The translations under genes and the position numbers were made by a program. A stretch of 12,031 nucleotides of DNA from assembly GCA_016839745.1 (NCBI GenBank), contig JAEOTS010000124.1, positions 1 to 12,031 of the forward strand, written 5' to 3'. Positions 1-6,676 of this stretch are shown piece after piece. The stretch's first letter is position 1. The number at the start of each line of letters is the position of its first letter. Under the pieces are notes generated by a model, which made no database searches, was not told where the DNA came from, and was given only the letters and a program-made list of their open reading frames with translations. Source of the DNA: Promethearchaeota archaeon (lineage in GTDB: Archaea > Asgardarchaeota > Lokiarchaeia > Sigyniarchaeales > SOKP01).

Positions 1-72
1 AAAGACTTGTTTCACGATCATAAATGTCAGTAATTCTCTACTTTTTCCTAAAAATCAACACACCCTCTTTAA

Positions 73-79
73 TTTATAG
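73..79 (+). promoter_or_regulatory. Putative archaeal TATA box, probably for a leaderless transcript
   Basis: TTTATAG begins 28 nt upstream of the ATG at 101, and no SD motif precedes that ATG. Confidence 0.4.
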
Positions 80-100
80 TAAGTAAGTTTATTTAGATTT

Positions 101-847
101 ATGCTCGAAGCTGGAAAAGATGATAATATCGTTGAAAAAAAATTAACCGAATCAGCATATCGCTCCCATAATTTTAATGTCATACCCCCGATCATTGGAA
201 TTATTATCGCAGATCAGTATGGGAACACTATTACGGTCTTTGAGTATGATTCGAATGACGTAGATAAATATGAATCTATTAAATCTTACCTATCAGGGGA
301 TCAAAAAAACTTTTTAGAAATAGACCTGGTTTCCATGTATTTAAGCTCGTTTAAAATCTTTGCCGGGCAAGCTAACATAAAAAATCTCTCTCACCTTGAA
401 ATCTATGGTTCGAATATTAAAGCTCAAATCTATTTTTTGCTTGAGAAATTTATGGTAATCATCTTTTTAAACTCTAACACGGATTTAAATTCAAAAGATA
501 GGGCTCAGGTTATAAAATATTGCGAAGATAAGCTTAATAAGTACGAATTTGAATATAGAAACTTTAATGAGACTGGTTCTAGAGAAACATTATCGATATT
601 GGAACAAAAGGGTAAAAAATGGTTAAAAAAATTCAATGTCAGATACATCCAAACTTACAAAAATATTTACTTAAGGAAACACGAAACTACTGAGGAATTA
701 ATGAATAAATTAGGATTGATAATTCAGAGTGAGATAAACGAATACCTAAACCATGTTCCTGAAGAGATAATTAATAACTTCTCTAAGGACCTCAAGAACA
801 AAATTCAAGATAAACTTTTTGAAATCAATCTAAATAAGCCAGAATAG
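101..847 (+). CDS. Longin/roadblock-like domain protein with C-terminal helical extension
   Basis: 248-aa ORF. IIGIIIADQYGNTI (beta hairpin), DLVSMYLSSFKIFAGQ (helix resembling the LxSxFLSAxxxFAxE helix of Asgard longins), three strands (LSHLEIYG, IKAQIYF, FMVIIFL) and then helices match the longin beta-beta-alpha-beta-beta-beta-alpha order. Confidence 0.6.
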   Translation: MLEAGKDDNIVEKKLTESAYRSHNFNVIPPIIGIIIADQYGNTITVFEYDSNDVDKYESIKSYLSGDQKNFLEIDLVSMYLSSFKIFAGQANIKNLSHLEIYGSNIKAQIYFLLEKFMVIIFLNSNTDLNSKDRAQVIKYCEDKLNKYEFEYRNFNETGSRETLSILEQKGKKWLKKFNVRYIQTYKNIYLRKHETTEELMNKLGLIIQSEINEYLNHVPEEIINNFSKDLKNKIQDKLFEINLNKPE

Positions 848-864
848 TTTAAAAAAGAGTAAGT

Positions 865-874
865 AAAAAAAAAA
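865..874 (-). terminator. Oligo-T terminator candidate for the Rab-like gene
   Basis: A10 on + (T10 on -), 5 nt after the stop codon ending at 880. Confidence 0.5.
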
Positions 875-879
875 TAATT

Positions 880-1719
880 TTATTCTTGAAATTTTACTAA
901 AACTGTAGTAGCAATAACATCAAGTGTTTCTTGAAAGCGCTCGTCTTCTATATTTCCTATCTCAAAATATAAGGCTCCTATTTCTTTAGTGAGAGATAAA
1001 ATTTCTTTATAAGGTATAACCGTATTATTTCCCATAGCTATAAGTGCTATTGGTATGGAAATCTCCTTCCGAAATCTTCCTTTAGTTTTAAATTTTAATC
1101 CAGTGACTTCCTTAAGTTCATTATAATATCTTTTAATCATATCAAAAGATTCACGATTCTCTTTGTTAAATACTAGTATTGCCGCTGTTGCACCCCTATA
1201 AAATTGGGGTCTTAAAAAGGCAAATCGTTTCTGACGTGTAACATCCCAGATTTGAAGCCTTGTTAAGGTTTTATCGTAATTCTCAGTTAATTTAGTTAAC
1301 AAATTAACACCGATTATATCTCTCTCTGGAGCCATTTGAGGCTTATTAAAAACACTTGGAAGATAATCAGATTGTTCTTCCGTTAGACCAAGAATTATTA
1401 TTTTTAGCTGGTAATCATACTTTATTCCCCATTCTCTAAAACTAATTAAGAATTTTTCATACCTTTGGATTTTTTTCCGTAAATCGTATAATTGGCTGCG
1501 TTCTTTAGTTGAAAGTGGAGTCTCTCCAATAATCCGGCGTATAACTACTTCTACTTGCCCTGGACTAATTGTCTTTTCATATAACTCACTTATTTGAAAG
1601 GAAACTTCTTTTATATTAAACTCTTTAGATATTTTCTCTGTCGGAAACTGAATTTTCTTCAAAAACTTCTTTAAATCATCTATTTGTTTTTCGCTAAGAA
1701 AAATATTTTTAGAATTCAT
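880..1719 (-). CDS. Rab-like small GTPase-fold protein with degenerate nucleotide-binding motifs and ~100-aa N-terminal extension
   Basis: YDYQLKIIILG, IGVNL, RLQIWD, QKRF, FYRGATAAILVF and RESF follow the Rab consensus, but G1-G5 are all substituted. Start moved from 1746 to the ATG at 1719 because GGAGGT (1730-1725) lies 5 nt upstream of it. Confidence 0.8.
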   Translation of the reverse strand: MNSKNIFLSEKQIDDLKKFLKKIQFPTEKISKEFNIKEVSFQISELYEKTISPGQVEVVIRRIIGETPLSTKERSQLYDLRKKIQRYEKFLISFREWGIKYDYQLKIIILGLTEEQSDYLPSVFNKPQMAPERDIIGVNLLTKLTENYDKTLTRLQIWDVTRQKRFAFLRPQFYRGATAAILVFNKENRESFDMIKRYYNELKEVTGLKFKTKGRFRKEISIPIALIAMGNNTVIPYKEILSLTKEIGALYFEIGNIEDERFQETLDVIATTVLVKFQE

Positions 1720-1724
1720 TTTCA

Positions 1725-1730
1725 ACCTCC
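1725..1730 (-). promoter_or_regulatory. Shine-Dalgarno site
   Basis: GGAGGT-TGAAA-ATG on the minus strand. Confidence 0.65.
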
Positions 1731-1754
1731 TTTTTTCGTCCATCATTATTATTG

Positions 1755-1777
1755 ACGTCCAATATAGGAATGGACGT
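1755..1777. promoter_or_regulatory. Inverted repeat, operator candidate
   Basis: ACGTCCA-N9-TGGACGT, perfect 7-bp arms, relatively GC-rich within an AT-rich intergenic region. Confidence 0.5.
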
Positions 1778-1782
1778 TTTGG

Positions 1783-1790
1783 TATTTAAA
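1783..1790 (-). promoter_or_regulatory. Putative TATA box for the Rab-like gene
   Basis: TTTAAATA on the minus strand, preceded by A-rich AGCAAACA (BRE-like), directly upstream of the inverted repeat. Confidence 0.5.
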
Positions 1791-1840
1791 TGTTTGCTAA
1801 AAATTACAAAGTAAAAGAAAGAAAAATAATAATTAATATT

Positions 1841-2299
1841 CTATTTAAGGGGAAAAAGTATTTCTGTTTGAAGTTCTTCAGGAGATACCACGGAAGGGTC
1901 GTTTAAATACAATTCATAAGCAATACCCGTTGGTTCATATCCTTGATCCTCAATATACTTGGCAAGTGTTTCATAGGCAGGAGCCACCCCACTATATGGT
2001 CCAATATAAAGACAAGATGCATACTTTCCTCTAGGGATTTCACTTGCTTTAATTTCGTCTTTACTAGATATCTTTTTAGCTACAGGAATCCCAATCTCTA
2101 TATCTAAATTTTGCATGTCCATATTGTAATAAGCAACAAATGGAGCACCAACCATTTGTTCATTTAATTGACCGAGATACTGCATAATCACTCCGTAGTT
2201 CTTACCTAAAACTTCAGGTAGATTCTGAACAGAACTTGTAGTTCTTATTGAGAGTGTATTTTGAGCATCTCGCTCAATTATCTCACATTTATAACTCAT
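1841..2299 (-). CDS. Standalone GyrI-like small-molecule-binding domain protein
   Basis: 152 aa with GAPFVAYY, DIEIGIPV, IPRGKYASCLYIGPY, AYELYLNDP and ELQTEILFPL, typical of the GyrI-like/AraC effector-binding family. No HTH. Confidence 0.9.
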   Translation of the reverse strand: MSYKCEIIERDAQNTLSIRTTSSVQNLPEVLGKNYGVIMQYLGQLNEQMVGAPFVAYYNMDMQNLDIEIGIPVAKKISSKDEIKASEIPRGKYASCLYIGPYSGVAPAYETLAKYIEDQGYEPTGIAYELYLNDPSVVSPEELQTEILFPLK

Positions 2300-2387
2300 T
2301 TATTCATCCCTTATTTTAATTTTAAGTAATGAAAAATACTTTTTTAATGATATATCAGTACAAAGAAAGTAATTTTTTTTCAAAAGG

Positions 2388-3638
2388 TTAATCCTTGAAG
2401 TATTTCATTAAGAACCATACTTCAACAAACAGACCTGCTAAACCTACAGCAAAAGGAGCAATGTAATGTACGCTCTCTGCAAGAAATCCGCCAATCGCAC
2501 CAGTAGGCATCATACCGATTCCTCTGATAAATGCTACAATTCCATAAGATTCTGCTTTTCTGCTATTATCTAGATTAGTTAAAGTCATCTGTTCCGACGG
2601 GATAAAGGTAGTTACTGCGATTCCAAAAAAGATTTGTCCAATAATTAAGCCTGGAAATACGAACAATGTAATTCCATTCAACCATAAAACCGAAACCAAT
2701 ATGTTCATGGAAAAAAAAACCATACCAAAATATTGGCTTATAATCAAACATTTTTTTCTTCCAATCTTATCTGCTATTCTTCCTGCGGGAATCTGCGAAG
2801 CCATATTTGAAATGTGAAACCATACTGCTATAAAAGCAATTTCTGAATTTGTGAAATGATAATATGTTGAAAGACCTGCATTAAATATAGATAAAGCTAT
2901 ACCCCACACAAAGACATCTAAAGTAAAGAATAAAGTAGCTACCTTTATTTTGGGATTTTGAAAGAGTTTTGGGGATTTTTTGTTTTTACGGTCAGCCGGT
3001 TTACTTAATTCTAAGACTTGCGTATCATATGAAGTATTAGGGGTTCTAATTACTAAAGCTAGGATAAACCATTCTCCAATCAGAATAACACTGAAGATCA
3101 GAAAATAGAATTGAGAAGTAAAACCTGAATTAAGCATGACAAAAGAGGTACCACCAATACTACCTCCAAAATATGCGAAGAATACTAAACCATACATTAT
3201 TCCTTTTTTAGTATCACCGCTATTTTCCGATACAAATATTTGAAAATTCAAACTATTTACCATAGCACCTAAAATATATACAATAACTCCCAGAATAAGC
3301 ATCGGGATGCTACTTGAGACAACTAGTATCATTAATCCGAAAGAAAATATAGGAGGACCAAATAACCAAATTTTCTTAATCCCATATTTATCTGATAATT
3401 TACCTATTAGAGGCATAGGTAAAAATTGCATTATATTTGAGATAGAGATAATAATTCCAGTATAGAATAGTGAACCCGTATAATCACTTAGGAAAGGCGT
3501 GAAAACGATGTTAAACGCTCCAAATCCAAATCCATGTATTAGATTCATAATGATCTGGGAAACGAGATTTCTCATTTTTACATGGTTTGTTTTATCCAAT
3601 GTGGGAATTCCTATTGACGTTTTTTCTTCACTTCTCAT
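2388..3638 (-). CDS. MFS transporter
   Basis: 416 aa, about 12 hydrophobic segments in two halves. Motif A appears twice (GKLSDKYGIK, GRIADKIGRK). Confidence 0.93.
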   Translation of the reverse strand: MRSEEKTSIGIPTLDKTNHVKMRNLVSQIIMNLIHGFGFGAFNIVFTPFLSDYTGSLFYTGIIISISNIMQFLPMPLIGKLSDKYGIKKIWLFGPPIFSFGLMILVVSSSIPMLILGVIVYILGAMVNSLNFQIFVSENSGDTKKGIMYGLVFFAYFGGSIGGTSFVMLNSGFTSQFYFLIFSVILIGEWFILALVIRTPNTSYDTQVLELSKPADRKNKKSPKLFQNPKIKVATLFFTLDVFVWGIALSIFNAGLSTYYHFTNSEIAFIAVWFHISNMASQIPAGRIADKIGRKKCLIISQYFGMVFFSMNILVSVLWLNGITLFVFPGLIIGQIFFGIAVTTFIPSEQMTLTNLDNSRKAESYGIVAFIRGIGMMPTGAIGGFLAESVHYIAPFAVGLAGLFVEVWFLMKYFKD

Positions 3639-3789
3639 TATTTATTTAAATAGTTCAAGCCTTAAATCGTTTTTCCTCGAAGAAACTATACATTTACGAT
3701 TAAAAGATACAGATTCTTATTTCAAAATAAAAAAGTTAATATGAATGAAGTGAATAATTTTAATTTAAAACTGATTAAATGAATTCATA

Positions 3790-4167
3790 ATGTATCAAAT
3801 TGAAAAAATTAACGATACTAGTTTTTATATAAAAGCAACTGGTACTTTTCCTCCACCGGTAGCAGAAAGATTTATAAAAGAATTTGAGGAGTTAACTAAA
3901 GATATTCACGATAAGTTAAGTATAATCGTCGACATTAAAGACGCTATTCTTTTGAGTATTGATTCAGTGGATATTATCCTTGAACTCTTGAAGAATAATA
4001 ATGAAAGGCTTTTTAGATCTGCTTTCATAATCGCTAAAAATCCCCCTCTAAGCGAAGAATTTAAATATCTCCTAGATCGTGCTCAATCTCCTAAACGAAA
4101 AATTGTATCCGACCTTGAGGAAGCGAAAGAATGGATAGGGATTGAAAAAATCGTGTTTAAGCAATAA
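3790..4167 (+). CDS. STAS/SEC14 (SpoIIAA-like) domain protein
   Basis: 125 aa with FYIKATG, IIVDIKDA, RSAFII and the terminal IVSDLEEAKEWI (F/V-x-x-x-EEA-xx-WL signature). Confidence 0.7.
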   Translation: MYQIEKINDTSFYIKATGTFPPPVAERFIKEFEELTKDIHDKLSIIVDIKDAILLSIDSVDIILELLKNNNERLFRSAFIIAKNPPLSEEFKYLLDRAQSPKRKIVSDLEEAKEWIGIEKIVFKQ

Positions 4168-4192
4168 ATTTGAAATATATTTTACTCCTGGA

Positions 4193-4996
4193 TTAAAAGT
4201 TAACACCTAACCTTTTTTTACACAATTCAACAGCTTTAGGATTATTATCTACCCCAATCCATTTTCTATTTAACCTCTCCGCAGCGGATATCGTTGTTCC
4301 AGACCCGCAGAAGAAATCTGCAACAATATCTCCCTCGTTTGATGATGCTAAAACTATTCTTTTTAATAATTTTTCTGGTTTTTCAGTAGGGTATCCGTGA
4401 TATTCTTTTGATCTCGTAATCGTTTGATATGAAAAGATATCGTTCCAGACATCGCCAACTAATGTCCCCGGGCTTTCATCTAAATATTGTTTCCCTCTTC
4501 TTCGTTTTCTGTAAAGGCGTCCATCTTCGTCTTTATATCTGAACATTGTTTTAATATAATCTTCTCGATAAGGTAGATATTGCTTATTAAATGTGAAATT
4601 TTCCGATTTTGTGTAATACAATATTGTATCATGCTGGCGCACCCAACTTTTTACTTGACTTTTAAAACCCGAGACGCTCCCTACATTCCATATGATTTCC
4701 TTTCGAAAATTGTTTCTCCCAAAAATTTCGTCACATAAAGGCTTTAAATCGAATATGGCACTAGCATCACAATGTAAGTAAAAACTACCAGTTTTCTTAA
4801 GAACCCGATGCATTTCTTTAATCCTTAGTTTCATAAAATCTAAATATTCTGTTAATGAATTCCATAAATCAGAAAATTCTTTATAATCGACACCGCTGTA
4901 GAAGGGTGGATCAATATATATAAGATCGATTATTTCTGATTCCAACTTCCTCATAAATTCTAGGTTCTCTGCGAGATAGACCGTATTTAATTTCAT
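4193..4996 (-). CDS. Site-specific DNA methyltransferase (N6-adenine/N4-cytosine, beta-class order), orphan
   Basis: Catalytic IYIDPPF near the N-terminus, MHRVLKKTGSFYLH, YPTEKPEKLLKRI, and SAM-binding VADFFCGSGTT near the C-terminus. Confidence 0.95.
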   Translation of the reverse strand: MKLNTVYLAENLEFMRKLESEIIDLIYIDPPFYSGVDYKEFSDLWNSLTEYLDFMKLRIKEMHRVLKKTGSFYLHCDASAIFDLKPLCDEIFGRNNFRKEIIWNVGSVSGFKSQVKSWVRQHDTILYYTKSENFTFNKQYLPYREDYIKTMFRYKDEDGRLYRKRRRGKQYLDESPGTLVGDVWNDIFSYQTITRSKEYHGYPTEKPEKLLKRIVLASSNEGDIVADFFCGSGTTISAAERLNRKWIGVDNNPKAVELCKKRLGVNF

Positions 4997-5013
4997 GTGA
5001 GAATTATATATGA

Positions 5014-5418
5014 ATGAACGTTAATGCAATTATGATGAAGAAAGAAAGGTTAAATAAGAATTTCTTGAATGACTTTCAATTTTACGACTTCACAAAAATT
5101 AAAGAGAATAAAATCTTTTTAGTTGGTTCAATTCGGTTTAAAGATTATTTCATTAAAATCGAGTCAATTTTACAAATTATATATAAAAAGCTTGTTGGAA
5201 TTTGTTCTGTCGATGGGTTGTTAAATAAAGATAAGTTTAATGAAGAAGAATGGGACAAATTGCAAGAGATAGCTATACAAAAATTAAATGATCAAGACGC
5301 AATTTTAGTCCTTGATGTTGATAACTATATTGGGGAGCAATCAAAAGAGGAAATCGAATATTTCAGCTCACACCTGCATAAACCAATATATTATTTGTCT
5401 AAACTTAAAATTGGATAA
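5014..5418 (+). CDS. Nucleoside 2-deoxyribosyltransferase-like (DUF4406-related) small protein
   Basis: KIFLVGSIRF ... QKLNDQDAILVLDVDNYIGEQSKEEIEY ... KPIYYL follows the NDT-like flavodoxin-fold pattern with a conserved Glu. True start may be 5032 or 5035 (TATA-like TTATATAT at 5004-5011). Confidence 0.6.
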   Translation: MNVNAIMMKKERLNKNFLNDFQFYDFTKIKENKIFLVGSIRFKDYFIKIESILQIIYKKLVGICSVDGLLNKDKFNEEEWDKLQEIAIQKLNDQDAILVLDVDNYIGEQSKEEIEYFSSHLHKPIYYLSKLKIG

Positions 5419-5580
5419 TTTCAGTAATTTACAATTTACTAAAGTCTATTCAATTCATAAATTAACTCTTAAAAATCAATAATTTGGTAAAGTCGTAATA
5501 TATTAAAGGTTAAAATAGATTTTAATCATAATTAAATAAATTGGAAACTTTAACGACCACAGTCACGGGTTAAAACTAAA

Positions 5581-6561
5581 ATGGAATTGTTCCAAGTGTT
5601 TTGGGACGATCAAAAGAAACTTTTTTTAGAATTCGAAAAAAATGAGGAAGAGCAAGTTCTATTTCTCCCTGAGACGATAAACAGGTTAAATATCCAATTT
5701 GAAATTTCAAAGATAGTCAAGCAAGACATTTACTACAAGCAGACTCCATCATTAGTTTCCATTAAGAAAATTTATCATTCAACTGAATATTTAGGTTGTT
5801 CTATAGAATTAGATGAGATTCACGGGTTTTCTGATATTCAGATTAAAATATTAAGGTTGACGATTTACTTATACTCTGGTCAGAGAATTGAGTATACCTT
5901 TTCGGAGAAAATTAATGTATCTGATATTTGGGTAAACGATGATTGCTACGCAGGTTTCCAATTCGTCGATTTAAACTCACCTAAAAATCAGAGAAAGAAA
6001 GTAACTCGAGAGAGAGTAGTTCAAGCAACAAAAACTGATTTTAATCAAAAGAAAGAAGAGAAAACCGTTATTTATGAGAAGAGGAGTATTGAAAGCATTC
6101 CAACGGACCAGTCTGTAATATCAATGATGAATGAGAGTAATAAAACTTTAAAAAATATTGAGAAGCATTTAGCAAGCCTTGCATTAACCTTACAGAACAT
6201 GCCTGCTAATCCAATATCTTACGGTCCACCCTCTGGTGTCCCTCAGAGAATTACTGGACCTGGTATCGAAAGAATTAAAGGACCAGACGTACAATCGCTA
6301 ATACAAGGGCGGGGATCTTCGGCCAAACTATTAGTAATAAAGGAAATGAAAACAATTTTCAGAGAAACAACAGAGAAAAATAGTGGTTTCAGTATTAAGG
6401 ATATCCTAAAACCAATGGATGAGAAAGAACTTCAATCCATTATATTAAGCGAAGAGGAGCTTGTTAAAAAGGAAGAAGAATCAATTAATAATCAAATTAA
6501 ACGATTTAAAAAACAACAAGAAGAAAAAATCAAGTTAGAGCAGTTAAAAGAACCCGAATAA
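5581..6561 (+). CDS. Hypothetical protein (globular N-domain, coiled coil, Pro/Gly-rich segment, charged helical C-terminus)
   Basis: 326-aa ORF filling the space between neighbours and followed by T-rich tracts. No family recognised. Confidence 0.8.
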   Translation: MELFQVFWDDQKKLFLEFEKNEEEQVLFLPETINRLNIQFEISKIVKQDIYYKQTPSLVSIKKIYHSTEYLGCSIELDEIHGFSDIQIKILRLTIYLYSGQRIEYTFSEKINVSDIWVNDDCYAGFQFVDLNSPKNQRKKVTRERVVQATKTDFNQKKEEKTVIYEKRSIESIPTDQSVISMMNESNKTLKNIEKHLASLALTLQNMPANPISYGPPSGVPQRITGPGIERIKGPDVQSLIQGRGSSAKLLVIKEMKTIFRETTEKNSGFSIKDILKPMDEKELQSIILSEEELVKKEEESINNQIKRFKKQQEEKIKLEQLKEPE

Positions 6562-6676
6562 TCTTTTTAACTTTTAAACTTTAATTTCTATTAACCCTAA
6601 TCATTGTTAGTTTTATTATAAATCTTTAATTAGCTTTAACTATTAAGTTATAAATGAGGACACAAAACTCGTTAGA

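Noticed and set aside
1-70. Possible start of a divergent minus-strand gene (ATG at 21, MIVKQVF...; GAGGGTG near 61-67)
   Set aside because: Only 7 codons are visible at the window edge, and the SD-like motif leads to short closed frames.
1720-1746. ORF-track N-terminus MMDEKRRLK of the Rab-like gene
   Set aside because: It contains the GGAGGT SD positioned for the ATG at 1719.
2711-2719. A9 homopolymer inside the MFS gene as a phase-variation tract
   Set aside because: In frame, encodes Val-Phe-Phe-Ser in a TM helix, and is unremarkable in AT-rich DNA.
3499-3744. 81-aa + strand ORF
   Set aside because: Antisense to the MFS 5' end and its promoter region; no recognisable motifs.
3790-5418. 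Classical restriction-modification system around the methyltransferase
   Set aside because: Neither neighbour shows PD-(D/E)xK, HNH, PLD or helicase motifs.
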